A DNA stretch of 64,000 nt from the human T2T-CHM13v2.0 reference genome, Homo sapiens, in assembly GCF_009914755.1 (NCBI RefSeq), contig NC_060930.1. The stretch is one strand, 5' to 3'. Shown here piece after piece: positions 11,987 to 26,069 of this stretch. The notes beneath the pieces were generated by a model that saw only the letters and a program-made list of their open reading frames with translations, was not told the origin of the DNA and made no database searches. Both the position numbers and the translations under genes were made by a program. The stretch's first letter is position 1, and every line of letters begins with the position of its first letter.

Positions 11987-12286
11987 TTTTTTTTTTTTTT
12001 TTTTTAGATGGAGTTTCACTCTTGTTGCCCAGGCTAGAGTGCAGTGGCGTGATCTCGGCTCACGCAACCTCCGCCTCCCAGGTTCAAGCATTTCTTCTGC
12101 CTCAGCCTCCTGAGTAGCTGGGATTACAGGCATGTGCCACCACGCCCAACTAATTTTTGTATTTTTTTAGTAGAGATGGGGTTTCACCATGTTGGCCAGG
12201 CTGGTCTCTAACTTTTGACCTCAGATGATCCACCCACCTCGGCCTCCTAAAGTGCTGGGATTACAGGCGTGAACCACCGCACCCAG
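11987..12286 (-). mobile_element. AluS (Sq/Sp-like)
   Basis: Poly-T; diagnostic gagtttcactcttgttgcccagg. Confidence 0.95.
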
Positions 12287-12909
12287 ATTTACATGTTTTA
12301 GACAGCTGATGTGAAACACATTAGTGATTTGTCTTTGTTGCTACAGGGCCCTTGCTTTCACATTTGTGGAAATGTGCCATTGATTATGCATCATGGACTG
12401 AATTTATCATTACATAAATAGATCTCTCCCATGTTCTTATTCTTATTTGTATCTTAGGGAGTGTACACATAACTTCCTTTTTCACACCTGGAGTCACATA
12501 GATAAATGAACTTAGAATAGTGAGGAGGACAATAATTTCCCTTAATTACTCCATAACAGGGAATTCTAAGGTGATTTCTCTATGTGTAGATTGTCTCTAA
12601 TTTTTTTTCAAGAAAGTGACTTTATTAGTTGAATCCAAGTTTGTAAGGAAATTGCAGGCTCCTTTAAAAAAAAAACAAAAACATTATCTTGTCCCAAGTG
12701 ATTAGTCAATTTGGTCTTACTTTGAAGTACATGAAAATTTCTGACTTCTTTTAGAAAACGTATTTTTTTAACAAGTTTTCTGAGATGGGCCAATATGTAT
12801 GAATCAGTGAGGTCTCTAGATCGTGTCTTATAATTTATGGTAATTTAAGATATTGATTATTAATGATATAATTACAATTACTAGCAAAGTGAGGAACAGT
12901 CTTTCTAAT

Positions 12910-13076
12910 TGTGTCATTTACTATATATCAGTTGCTATATTAAGTGATTTATAAGCATAATATAATTTAATTCTTGCAGTATCTTATGAGACAGGTACTA
13001 TTACTTTTTAGATTAAAAAAACCCTGAGGCTTATTTAATATAAGTAACTTTCCCAAAGCCACAAAGTAAACAAGTA
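12910..13076 (-). mobile_element. MIR
   Basis: atgagacaggtactatta..ctgaggctt..taagtaactttcccaaagccaca. Confidence 0.7.
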
Positions 13077-13084
13077 AACCTTAA

Positions 13085-13316
13085 CTCCTCTCAGATCTCA
13101 TCTTCTTGGGAAGCCTGCTGCAACCCCCCTCACATGGGGCAGGGCCTCCTCAGATACCTATGCTTTCATGGTATCATGCATCTTTACTTATTTGAGCATC
13201 CATTTGACTGATAGATGATTCATTAGTGTATGGACCATGTATATGTCTTCAAACTCGGCATGATGTCGGCATGTAAAAAACTCTATAATTATTTGTGCAA
13301 TAAATGGCTGAAATGG
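13085..13316 (+). mobile_element. L2 3' end
   Basis: tcatcttcttgggaagcct...ggcatgtaaaaaactctataattatttgtgcaataaatg. Confidence 0.55.
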
Positions 13317-15711
13317 AAAAGCCACTGTTTGATTCAGAAAATTTGTTTTAGAACTGTTGCTCTTCACCAAAACACTTATATTTAAGAACCACAATAAATT
13401 AATTGGTAAAATCTTGAGTATAAACATATGAATTATGGGTTTTATTGAGTTTGAATAATTGCTTCTGGACTGTCTCATGTATGTTGAGAAAAAAATACCA
13501 AAACATTTTTCCTTCTCAAGGTATAGTTTGATGGGAAATTTGCTACTTAATTCCCCAAAGTTCTAAGCAGCAAAACTAGTCATCTTTAAGATAATCTGCT
13601 ATTCTAATTATCCACATTATATTTCCAAGATAGTTAATTGTGTTTTCTGTATGTCATTAAAATAAGTTGTAGAAATGTCTGGCTGAAAGTATATAGTAAG
13701 GAGTCTAAGGTGTAGAAATTGTCTCACAATTTACCTTCTAATTAAATTCTTTTGTAAATTGGTACTTTGGAATATGACAAATTATAGTCAAGTAGAGTTC
13801 AAATTAAATATCTTAGTAATCATTGACCCTATTTTACTTTGCTAGAATGTGAGGTTATTACTTGCTTTTAAGGACGTTTTTCAATAGCTTGATTCCACTG
13901 ACAAATTTTTATGTATTACAAATCAAAATAGTTATAATCAACATTAAGACATTTTGAAATAGGTTACAAGAAAACTATATTTTATGCTTTTATATCCTAC
14001 TACTTCAAATTAAAACATTTTACATTCAAAGGAAATCATCGTATGCACAGGGAGGAGTAAAACTGCTTTTGTTTGCTGATAAAACTTCCTCTGAAAAAGT
14101 ACTAAAATAAACATTTTTGGAAACTTTCAAGGCATATTTTCATTGTTTATATTCAATAAATGGGAAATGATTTATAAATGATAATGATACTTCATGCCTT
14201 GAAGGACATCTTCATATTTATGGAATAAAACACATCTAGGTAGTACCCACAGTTTTTTTAGCTGTAAAACAGCAAGACAAGTTACGCCAAAAAGTATAAC
14301 CTCATACCTCCCATTTTAATTACTCTAATTTTACATCACTCTGAATTCTAGTGTTTCTGTTCCATTAATAGTACTGTAAAATAGCTCCTATCTACAAATC
14401 AAGTCTATAGCAACATCATGTTTTGGAATTCCACCAAGATTCTAAACATTAGCAAAGGAGACCTTTGGTAGCTATATTAAAATGCTCCAAACCCAATATG
14501 CCCAAAATTCTTGTAGTTTGTAGAAGTAGTATTTCGGGCCCACACTCATGTCTCATTTATGTACATATGAACCTCAAGTTTAAAAATCTGGTTATTTATT
14601 TTACAAAATAACCAAAAATTAGAAACACTATTAGCAGATGAGACAGCTGGCATACATAGCCAGGCATACCTAAGGCAGTGATGATAGATGTGGAAAGCAG
14701 TATAAGAAAATGCAAATCAACCCAAAAGTCAGGACTAATTGTGTCACCAAACCAAACAACAACAAACACAACAACCACAACAATGAAATGAATAATAATA
14801 GGGTCACAATAAAGTGATTTAGACTTATTAGTTCAGTAGCAAAGTTCTGTGTTTTAGTTTCTGCAAGTGTTTCACTATAACTGTTGTTTGTAGTAATGAC
14901 AGTGTCAAGCATAATGTCAATAAAGTTAAAATGAATTAAATATATTCCAATCATTTAACCAAACTGATTAATAAAATATATTGTTGCATAAAGGAGTTAA
15001 CCAGGAACTCTTAAATTTTTAATCAGCCTTACCTATTTTATATTGACTTCCTGTAATCATGAAATCACCTTATAGCGATTATTAATAGGATACATAAAGG
15101 GAGCCCAAAATAGAAAAGGAATCACTTATTGAGTGTCTACTCTAGCTTAGATACTCTCGTAGACTTAAATACACTACTTTATTTAATAAAAATATTTTTC
15201 TTGCAAATTTGTCCAGGAAATTTGCAAGAGAAAATTGGAAGGTAAACTACATATACATGCCATGAAATCTACTGCACAGGGCCTTGAGTAGTGAAGCATT
15301 CTAGGAGCTCTCACCAGGGAGGAGGTAGTGAGATGATTAGGTGAAAACTCTAGAATGTCAAATCTGAGCAAACATGGAAAGCTCATGTTGGATCGAGCCT
15401 GAGGTTATTTGCAAAGATATATTTAATATTTGAAGGAAGGAACAGGTCTTTGGAGCAGAAGTGAGCATTATACAGCTTTCCAGCTTAACTGTTACTAAAT
15501 GTCCAGCTAACTTACAGTCTTGAGGAAGGGGGAATATTTCAAGGTGCAGTTAGCTTGGAAGTCATTCTTTTTCCAGAAGGATTGTTTTTGTGTTGGGCTT
15601 GTGCCTTTCTCATATATGAACTGACTAGTGCATCCAAAGCTTTTGCTCGTGGAAAATTTTTCTGTTGAATTTTAGTAAGTGTAATGATAAAAGCAATAAA
15701 GTCATCTCTTG

Positions 15712-15762
15712 ATATATATATATATATATATATATCCGTGGATATATATATATATCTCATAT
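15712..15762. repeat. Interrupted (TA)n
   Basis: Read directly. Confidence 0.95.
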
Positions 15763-15919
15763 AGATAAAGGTTTTATGTTTATTCTTTTATGGTTTGGTT
15801 TAGTTTATTGTAGGATTTTTACATGACTTAGTGTACTGCAGGATTTCTTAGAGATGCTATTGTACTATGCTATTGTATACTGTAACTCACCAAAATGGAG
15901 ATTAAAGGGGAACAACAAT

Positions 15920-16130
15920 AATAAGTATTTTTATTGAGCCATTTCTAAATATCAAGTGCCGTGCTAAGTACTTTAAACTCATTGTTTCATTTTACCGATA
16001 AATTAATGGGTAAAATTTTGTTTCCATTTTACAAATAAGGAAATGGAAGAATAGTTAAATTGCTTTTCCAAAGTCATGAAGTTAGATAGGAAAGGGTTTT
16101 TAGTCTAACTTCAGAACTTATGCTGTTACT
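15920..16130 (-). mobile_element. MIR
   Basis: tttattgagc..gtgctaagtacttta..ccattttacaaataaggaaa..ccaaagtca. Confidence 0.75.
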
Positions 16131-16819
16131 TAATAGCATCCTACGTTTATTTGATCAGTAGGATTTTGTTCACATAAAATTCATTGACATTTCCAAGAAC
16201 AAGTGTGTGTGGAAAGACATTTAAGAACTGCCTGGGCTACATTGTAAGCAAGTCTGGATTAGAAACTATGTCCTGCTCATCTGCTAGTGTTTCTAGTGCC
16301 TCAAACAGCACTTACTACTAAAATAACTAATTAAACCTTTATAGTAATCACCATGGAAATAGTATTTGAAAAGCTACAATTTAGAAAATTATTTGAGCAA
16401 AGACTAATGACAGAACTCTAGTGGAAACTAGTGTGAATATGGAGTCTATTAGAATGACTATACCCTAAGTATGAATCACTTCTGGGGGTATATTGGTGCT
16501 TATATGATAAAGTAGTATTAATACATCCTTTATGTTTGTTTTATTAATCGCTCAAAACTCATTGTATAGAAGAAAAAATAAAAAAATAGTTTAAAATATA
16601 TATTGTGTTATTTAGTATACTTTAAAAGGTGTAAGATAATAATATCTATTTGGCACCATTTATGTTTTCAGAAGGGAATGCAATTTTCTTTTGAACAAAA
16701 TAAATTTTTCCTTACTAGCAAAAATAAGTTAACTTCTGTAACAATGCCCAAATATGAACAATATTTAATAATCTTAGCTTACAATAGAATTTTCTTGTTC
16801 TAGCAGTATTCGATGGGTG

Positions 16820-17160
16820 AAAATATTGGGGCATCCCTGCTTTATACAGTTCTTCAGGTATATAGTCTCTTCCCTCTTTAAAATGCGTCTTCTAAGATTA
16901 CTCTGGGGAGTCCTTTTCATTCTAGCCTGCCAACAAAGGAAAAGACCAAAAAAGAGCACGATATTGAAGAATGATTTAGATCTGCAAGTGGCACTCATTA
17001 CTTCCATTCACAATCCACAGGTTGGAACTCAATGATATGGCCATGCTTAATTCCAAGTAGACTGGGAAATGCAGGATCTGGGTGGACAACCACTTTCCAG
17101 TCTCAAGTCTAGCATATTTGAAGATAACCAAGTATTTTTGGTGGGCTGATAGTCACAGCA
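16820..17160 (-). mobile_element. MLT1 (J/K-like) MaLR LTR fragment
   Basis: aagtggcactcattacttcc..ggaactcaatgatatggccatgcttaattccaagtagactgggaaatg. Confidence 0.65.
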
Positions 17161-17519
17161 TTTGTTTTATATAACCTAAACACCAATCCATACATTGATT
17201 AGCCACTGATGACAATGACAATTTGCTTCTGGATTCTGATTCAGTGGTATAAAAAATATGAAAATTGAGAATTTAATCAGAATCTGACCACTAAGCATAT
17301 GTATTTTTTAACATACAATGCAAAGACACTGTTGCAGTACAAGATAATTCTGCCTTTGACATTTAACTATGCCTGATGTTGAAGGCAAACAGGTACAAAA
17401 ATGTTTGGAAATGAGAAAAAAATTAAAATATTTTAGAGTGACATTAAAGCTAATAAAAAGATATCCAATGGGCAGTCACAAGACATGAGTTTTTGGTATT
17501 TTGTAGAAGCTGAGGCTAT

Positions 17520-17846
17520 CAAGATTTCTAAACTAGATTGGACTTGGATGCAAATTCCTGGGCTCCACAAGAGAATCAAATCTGACAGAAGTTCAAGCAT
17601 CTTATTATTGCCTCATCTGAAGCATGACCTCCCAGTCACTACAGCAGAGAAGAAAAGAGACTGGATACTCACAAACAGGCTTTTCGCTGCCTCAGTGAAA
17701 GTGCTTGTGCTTGGAAGTGATAGTGCTTCAGTGTCACTCTCATTTCATTGGCCAGAATAAGTCACATGCTACCCTTATTGCAGCGAAGCTGGGAAATGTT
17801 GGAGAATAATTGCTGGGCATATTTGGTGGTAATCCAGCGTCTGCCA
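17520..17846 (-). mobile_element. MLT1 (K/L-like) MaLR LTR fragment
   Basis: tttcattggccagaataagtcacatg..gctgggaaatg. Confidence 0.6.
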
Positions 17847-18274
17847 AAGGCACATGCCCAGGGATTGATACATTTCCTCACTCATCTAAAAATAAATCAA
17901 AGTGATATTACTGGTCATAATTTAAAACCCTATTCAAATATTGTTACGGAATATGAAGTAATAATTTTCCAGAACCCAGTATAATCAGAAAGTAGATAAT
18001 AGATCTGTGTCAATCCCAAACTAAGATAGTCAACCTTCCAGCCTTTAAATAAGAAATAGTCATCCATTTATCAGCTAATGGATTTTCGAAAAACATTTTT
18101 CTGCTATTTCTGAGTCGATGTTTATCCAGTTATGCAACACTATCTCACAGAGACCATATGCTTTGCTTTTTTCTAACTAAATGAAACAGTTATTAAAATT
18201 TAAAATTAGATGTTATTTTAATTTTTCTAAATTGTTATGGATTTTTCTGCGTGAGAACCAAAACCCATTAAGTG

Positions 18275-18423
18275 AATCAAGGATGTCAAAACTTTGGAAA
18301 AAAGGTCCACTGTGTGGTCAAGCTCCAGAGGATCCTCAGAGCACTTGAAATTATATGTGAGAATTTTTGTGAATGGATTTGTGTATATATGTATATAGTA
18401 TATATATGCACTTAGTGTATGTG

Positions 18424-18461
<38 letters not shown>

Positions 18462-18520
18462 CACTTTTTTTCTGGGAAGAATTATTACATTTTCGAAGGA
18501 TTAATGAACATCAGAGGAAA
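18275..18520. mobile_element. Probable hAT-Charlie MITE remnant with an internal (TA/CA)n expansion
   Basis: ggtccac..ctccagaggatcc..tgaaattatatg..tttttctgggaaga; microsatellite ~18383-18460. Confidence 0.35.
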
Positions 18521-18546
18521 CAAATGAATAATCAATATTTCATATA

Positions 18547-18841
18547 TTTTTTTTTTGACAGAGTCTCCCTCTGTGACCCCTCGGCTGGAGTACAGTGGCA
18601 TGATCTTGGCTCACTGCAACCTCCGCCTCTTAGTTTCAAGTGATTCTCTTGCCTCAGCCTCCTGAGTAGCTGGGACTACAGGCATGCACCACCATGCCTA
18701 GCTAATATTTGTATTTTTAGTAGAGATGGGGTTTCACTATGCTGGTTAGGCAGGTCTCAACTTCTGACCTTAAATAAATGATCCACCCGCCTCAGCCTCC
18801 CCAAATGCTGGGGTTATAGCTGTGAACTGCTGCACCTGGCC
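18547..18841 (-). mobile_element. AluS
   Basis: Full dimer; degenerate TSD caatatttc on both sides. Confidence 0.95.
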
Positions 18842-19867
18842 TACCAATATTTCTTTATTAAATTAAAAAAATGCTTACAGGTGTTATTTAAAAATTCCTT
18901 AAAATGTGAATTATACAAAATTGAATGTTTCGGAGCTATTCAGGTTGCAAAGTATAATTGCAAAGTAGCTCCTAGAGTCTTTTAGCACAGTAGGGTACAT
19001 AAATGGGAGGGCATGTTTGGTGAGTTTTGTACTCTAAAACAAATAAGGAAAGGAGGATCCTAGCAGATTTGAGTTCTATGTGAAGATGGGAATCAGGATA
19101 TTGACAAGGAGAAAAATTATTAAGATATGTAAAAGTTTAAAACTTTGTCATGTATCCAACTATGTTTTTTGTATCCAGCAGATAAGAAAAAATTACTAAA
19201 AAGACATTCAAAATTCTGAGCCACAAACTAATCAGGAAGAAAGATGTCTGTTCTTCTCCCACTTAGCATTTACCATGGAGCAGTACTGGAAAGCATTCCT
19301 TTTGGCAGTATTTTAAAGGAGTGGTCAGAAGGCACTTAGTGGATGAATGTATAGTTCTAAAGACCTCAGGAAACCTTTGGTAAAAGGATTAGCTGGAGCT
19401 AAGAACTAGACCACAGCTTTCCTGTTGGAATAATGCACCTGGGCTTGAAATCTGGGGTTGAGTTTGAGACCTTTTTGGACTCTTCCACCCCACAGCTATC
19501 ACAGACTGACAAAAATAGGCTGAGCTTTTAGGCACTTTGTTGTGACCCTGCATGAATTTGGATATAGGATTCAGGTCATATGATACTAGAAACAATGGTA
19601 ATTTCAGAAGGCCAGCCAACACATTAGACATATTTACATTAAAAGGACCTTATTTACTATAAAGGTATTGTATGGACATACTATCTAGGTGGGTATTGAA
19701 TATAATTTAGGTTAATTAGCTCATGGGTTTAAAAATAATTTGAAGATGAAAATTCAGTTGCTTGCAGTTTTAGTAGATTATTATTTTTCTCAGTTTCTAT
19801 CACTTTTTGTTTGTTTCCCTTAGTAGGTGTTACTTAAGAACAGTCTTGATAAAATATTCAATTTGGT

Positions 19868-20600
19868 TTATTCAGTTTAGTGTTGCAAATATTTGTTAAA
19901 TATCTACTTTGTCATATGTTATGGGCTATGGGAATGCAGCCAATTGAATAAGATCCTGCCTTCTCTTAGTTCTTCGTGAAGAGTGTTTTAAATGCTATAG
20001 TTAAAGATGTTAAGGGGTTTGGGAGAACAGAGGAAATAAAATGAATTCAGAAAAATAAGAGGACATGAAAGGTTTTATAGAGAAGAGCTATCTGAGTAGA
20101 GTTTTGGAAAATAAGCAAGAGTTGGAAGGCAAAGATGAACAATGGAGAGAAGGGCATTACAGAGAACAGCAAAGTATGAGCAAACAGGGCACATTTGATG
20201 TATGACAGAAATTTTAGTAGATTATGGGTGTAGTGCATACAGAGTAGGGAGAGGCAGGAATGAAAGCTGAGAGTCAGGCATAACCATATCATAAATCAAA
20301 TGTACTGTGAAGGGATAAGATAATCACATTTTAGCTCTAGAGCTATTCTATTGGGGGACAATATAGACAATGGAAGGGATGGGGGGAATATTGGAGGTAG
20401 GATGAAGGCTTAGGAGGCCATTCAATGGTCCAAGGGATAAACTGATTTCATGCTGGTTGGTGAGGATGAAGACAGGAGAGATCTTAGAGATCCTAAGGAG
20501 GGAAACAGGCAAGACTTCATGATTTGCAAAAAACAGATGATGAGAGAAAGGCAAGAGAATGGGATGACATCCAAATTTCTGTCTTAGGTGGTTGGGTTTT
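19868..20600 (-). mobile_element. L2 (L2c-like)
   Basis: caaatatttgttaaatatctact..aataagatcctgcc..ttaggaggccatt..gatgacatccaaatttctg. Confidence 0.7.
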
Positions 20601-21144
20601 ATTAAATACGAAAGGCAGTATAATCTAGTAAATAATACAGTTTAGAAGCATCTGACAAATTATCTTTCATTAAAAGGTAGAATATAACATCTGCCAGACT
20701 GTAAATTATACACAGCAGATTCTGTAACATGAAAATACTGTTACGCTTTTCTGGGTAAAAATATGAAATCTGTAACTAAACATCAATGAACAAATTGTTT
20801 CAATATGGGACTCCTGACAGGTCCAGCTTTTCCAGGGGCTCTGGTGTAAGAATATGCTGTTGTGTATTTTGTAAGAGGGATGCAGAGCCCTGTTTAGTTA
20901 AGAAATTTGCAGAAAATAATTTTGCATTTAAAAAAATCTCATTCTAGCTCTTGTCATGTGAGAGTATTTTATAAAGTGTTTTTCTGTCCCTCTTACTACT
21001 CAAAATTTTTCTAGATGTGTTTTCAAGTCATACAGATCAATAGGAGTCAACACTAGTAAACATAGTTCTACTAATGTCATGCGTTTTCCAAATGGTAATT
21101 TCGGTTTGTCTTTTTGTTAATCATTTTTTTTTTCTGTATCAAAG

Positions 21145-22030
21145 GTGGAATAATTAAGTTAGGGAAATTTGCTATTTCGGCCCGCAAGAGATTTTGGGAT
21201 GGTCCTTACATGACGTGAAATTTTGATGATGTCATCTCTGTTTTGAATTCTTAGCAAGTATCTCATGGAGTGACACAAGGCAGGGACTTGATGTAGTGAT
21301 GATTGTAGTCTGGCAGATGCTTCACCCTTTGGTGAATATTTTGCTATGAGTTGCTGTGTCCCTTCGGGTCTTCCATCTTGCCATACTTGGCATTTCCAAA
21401 CTCTCTCTACATGAGTTACCTTTGCTTTAGCCATGATTTCAAGAATTTGGCACTTGAAGGTTAAAAAAGATTATTTGGGTCATGAATTAGCATCAGGCAA
21501 TTAATACTAAACACCTGATTTTATACTCAGCTCTGTTCATAAACTTCTAAAATATAAATTAAGTAGGAGTAGGGGAAGAAAACATCTACAGAAGTTTGCC
21601 TTAACTGTGGCTACTTTTTCTTAGAGAGTATATAATTTTCTTTTATATTTTTGTAGACATAGCAAACTTATTCAAATTCATAACATTATTGAAATCAGCA
21701 ATCTATCAGCAGTAGTCTAACATGGCATATATGTTTTACATTTCAAATAATTCACAAGCTGGATGAGGTGATAATGCTGTAAATAACTGATGTCATACTT
21801 TCTTTTTCATGGATGTAATATCATCTGTGGGGTTTCCTTATGAAAGTTAACAACGGAATTATGCGGCCATGGTTCATGCTTTTTAAATTTAAACTTCCAA
21901 AATGTGTAAGAAAACAGTTAAATTCTACAGTAAATTTTTGTTGCCCTTTAATGTTCTTCTTTATATAAGCTTGACAATGACTAACCCATGCAATTGTTAA
22001 TTATTAAAATGTAATGTATTTTGGAAATTT
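21145..22030 (+). other. Candidate terminal exon B with long 3' UTR
   Basis: Strong pyrimidine tract ..tcattttttttttctgtatcaaag|GTG; CpG-retaining unique sequence; TGTAAATA 21778-21785; ATTAAA 22003-22008. Confidence 0.5.
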
Positions 22031-24759
22031 TCAGAAAAGTTCTAGGTGTTAGAGTAAAATAATGAAAAGATTAAATTGATTCAGATCACATAGTGCCTTT
22101 AAAAAAGTATTCAATAGAGATTTTAGACTCTATCCTAGATCTTTATTTCACCTACTGTAAATCCTACATTAAAAAAATCATTTTGATTGTTAACTTACAT
22201 AGAAACCTGCTGAGTTTGGAACTGAGAAAGATTGTAACTCGTAGTGCTTATTGAGGCGGGGCATAGGATCGAGGCATTTTTAAGTTAGTGTTGTGTCAGG
22301 CACATTTGCCTTGCCAGGCCATGGTTAGCTTGAAAGACATGTGGTAGATGAGAAAAAATGATGGAGGTGAAATGCCAGCCGTGGCATGCAAGAGAGAAAG
22401 AGGCCTTTCAAGGCACAGTTACAGAGAATCCCTGGCAAGGAGATGGCTGGTAAAGGCTCTGAACCTAGTCAGATGCTTTCACATTAAACAGACACTTACT
22501 ATTATGTATTTTTACTTTGATTTTTCCTACTAAATATAACTCATGTATTACTAAAGAAATGGAAGACACAGAACATAGAAGGAAATAAAACTATAATATG
22601 TATTATTGAAGAAATAAAAAATGCAGAAAATAGATGGAAATAAAACATGCTATGAGGGTAAAGAAAAGGTTGTGAGTCTGGACATAGGAATATCTGTGTG
22701 GGACTGGTGCAAGTTTGGATTTCTGAGCCCACTGTGAGTTTGAGGCAGCTAGAGCTTCCTTGCAGTGAGAAAAGACAAGGAAAGAAAATAAAGGCACAGG
22801 GGTGGGAAAATGTGGATCCAAATAAAAGCAATTACCCTTGCAAACTTTTGTGTATGAATGTGTTATTTTAAAACATATGGTTCAAGAATTGAGAACCATA
22901 GGAGGAGGACTCATTGTCTACAGCACCGAGGTTTTCAAAATTATGAAGAAACCACCTGGGTTACAATGACAAGATGTGTCTCTTTATAAAGAATACAACA
23001 TGCCCTCTGCAGCTGATTTTGAGACTGAAGTATATAGAAGCTAGAAGATTTCCTCCAGTTCACTGTACATTTTATGAGAGATGAGTGCAGACCAGAGGCC
23101 ACTTCAGTCAGTTTTAGGTACAGTTTGTACTGGGCTTCCTTTTATTCCTCACACAGTGCTTCAGTTTTTCACAAAGCTCCACCCTGTTCTTCCTCTAGCC
23201 ACAAGACTCTGTTGACCCATTCATTTCTTTATTCCCACGAAGTCCCAAATTACTCTTCCTCCATGAGCACTGCTGTAGTTTCCAGTATCCTCAACCTCAC
23301 CTTTCCCACAGGCAATTATAGACATTCAGAAATAGACATTATTTGTCAGTGTAAAATATTAAAAAATATGGCAAATAAAAAAGAAAGTTGGGTAAGTACT
23401 CCCAGCAGTGCTAATGTGCAGTGACATTGCACATATATGGCTTTTTTTTTTTTTTGCCTTTGTGGGTCCAGTCACCACTTTTACCAAGTACAAGTGGGCC
23501 ATCTTCAGTGTGCTATGATTGCATTCAGTGCACAGAGACCTATCTTAAGCCACGTCCTCTGTCCTTCTGACTACCCACCTATTTAACATCTTTGCTATGT
23601 TCTGGGATGTAATCACAATGCAAAAAATCTGGTGGAGAAAGGGGAATGTGTAAGATTTAATTGAATGATCACACAAATATAAACTTCCAACCATGCCAAA
23701 TGATATGAGGAAAGCTATAGTGAATGATTATTAAGTTTATTTTGATGTAACAAAACATTTCTTTCACACATGGAACCTAATATTAAGGAAAGAGATGAAT
23801 CAGACCCACTTACCCAGATTGGATTTGGTATTTTGAATCACGGTTAGAAAAAAAAAACTACAGTAAATATAAGTAATGATTACTTCAGCTACAACCCATA
23901 TACCTCTAGTGTGTTATTTAACAACTTTGTAACTTCTCTTGAGTTTCTATAAAAACGACTTTCTGCAAAAATGGGTGGATTTGGTATCACTAATTGTCTG
24001 GTATTTACATGGGTTTCTATATATTCTCAATTTACTTGCCTCAATTTACTCTCACATATCACCTGAAAAATATCATCTGGCATATAAATGAAGAACTTTG
24101 TTTATGTTCAAAACCAGGAGACTGAACATTCAGTCATAACCTCAAAATCATGATAGGTACATAGTGTATTCAGTACATAGTAAAAGGAGTCATTGAACAT
24201 TTCACTTTTGATAAATGTGTTTCTTAGTTCCTATGGTCCGGTCACGCCTGTGGTAGGACAACCCAGCAATCTGAGCCAAACCATGTCCTCAAATTATATG
24301 CTGGAATTCTCTAAAATTCAACTGTAGCTATTTATGTGTTGACTGATCACTACTACTATAGAGATATATCATTTTAGTTTAATGGAGTTATTTATAGGGC
24401 TAGATTTGTTTTCAAGTAGTATCACATGTAAATATTATATAAAATCCTCTCCATATGAAAAATGTGAATATTCAAGAAAGTGTCTTTTGCATCATTAATA
24501 TTTTATTACCTTCTTTACTGGCTGATATATAGTATATTACTACTAGTTTTTTTATTAGTTATACAATGGTTAAGTTTTATGGCCTGACAAGAAAGCAAAT
24601 GAAGGCATTTGAAAGGTAAAGAATTTACTTCACGTCATTTTTGGTGCTAGTAAAAGTATATTTTTCTGGGAAGCTTTTCTCTGTGCTTCTGTCAATGAAT
24701 TCTATCCATATTTTCACAGGAGAGCATACATTGTCACTCCCCTCTTCTTAAGAAACACC

Positions 24760-24995
24760 ACATTGGGAGTCTGATATCAACTTTATTTTTAACACTTTTG
24801 GCTTCAATCTTGGCTACGTCTTTTGCTATACTCTAAGGCAAACCCATTCTCTCTGAATTTTAAATTTCTCATCTAAAAATGAGCATTATGTTGTTGTCAT
24901 TGAATACTCCAAAGGGTTACTGTGAAGAGCAAATAAAATGACACTTGTAAAACAATTATGTAATCTGTGAAATGCTATGCAAGTATATTATTACT
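24760..24995 (+). mobile_element. MIR/MIR3
   Basis: tctctgaattttaaatttctcatctaaaaatgag..gggttactgtgaagagcaaataa..gtgaaatgctatgcaa. Confidence 0.7.
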
Positions 24996-25474
24996 TAACT
25001 AATTTCTTATTTTTAATAGGAAAACTGGCCTCAGATAGAAAACTGCTGAGAAAGTGATGCTGAATTTAAGATGAGTGATTTTAAACTTAGACTGAGTTTG
25101 GAAGGAGTAGAGTGGGAAACAGGCAGGAAGAGGTTAAGGGAATGTTCGCAACATAAAGAAACCTATAATAAATTGTCTTGACCAATCTCTAAAAATTTAT
25201 TAGGATATTCTTTCTCGTAATGAATAAAAGTTTTTCTTATTTACAGAATTTTGATTTCTAAACACATACTTCTCCATACTTACTCAATATTTCCTAAATG
25301 ACAGAACTTTATTTAACAACATTTCATCTTACAAGATTTTTTCATCATTCCATGACATTCTAGGACCTCTTTGTATTTTATTTTAGTTAGTTAATCAAAT
25401 AAGTGGTCCTCTTGGTTCTAGGTTTTTAAAAATTTGTTAACCACATTACCTATATTTTATTGCATTTTTAAATT

Positions 25475-25605
25475 AGTGGTAGGCACATGTTAGCATGTGC
25501 TAGGTCTTGTGCAAAGTCTTGGGGGAAATACAAAGATGAATAAAAATCATGGTACCTAACATCAATGTAGACCTCCTCATAGTCTACTGGGAAGAGAGAG
25601 ATATA
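25475..25605 (-). mobile_element. L2 fragment
   Basis: catgtgctaggtcttgtgc..atacaaagatgaataa..ctcatagtcta. Confidence 0.55.
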
Positions 25606-26069
25606 ATATACTATAGTAACTAAAAAATAGTGATTTTTATATGATATAAGGCTAACATTACCCCATAAACATCTATGTCAGCAAAGCTCATGGTTTTAAA
25701 GAAAGCCAACTAAATGTAAATGAAATTAGGATATGATATCCAAAAATTTTGCTATTACTTTTTAAATTTTTTCTTGGATCCAATTTATGATTTTGGAGAG
25801 AATTTTAGAGATTTATTCTGAGAAAGATATTTGTGTTCCTTAAAAATTATAGCGTTTATATTTTCTGAATGTAAAAGTCAGCATGTTCTGGATTGGCTAA
25901 GAATAAACATAGTGAAAAAAAAAGAGGAAGTCAGTTTGGGAATTTCTATGAGAAGCAGAAGAAACTGGTAAAACAGAGGGACAATATAGAAGGTAAAGGG
26001 AGGAGTGGACAAGACTCTTGGTCCTGTGTTGGATATATATTCCTAACTCCCTCACATTCCTCCCTTTGT

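Noticed and set aside
13501-13526. polyY-AG|GTATAG recursive-site-like motif
   Set aside because: Weak donor and short pyrimidine tract.
21159-21434. 91-aa minus-strand ORF (MAKAKVTHVERVWK...)
   Set aside because: No recognisable homology or processed-pseudogene hallmarks; better explained as the antisense of candidate exon B.
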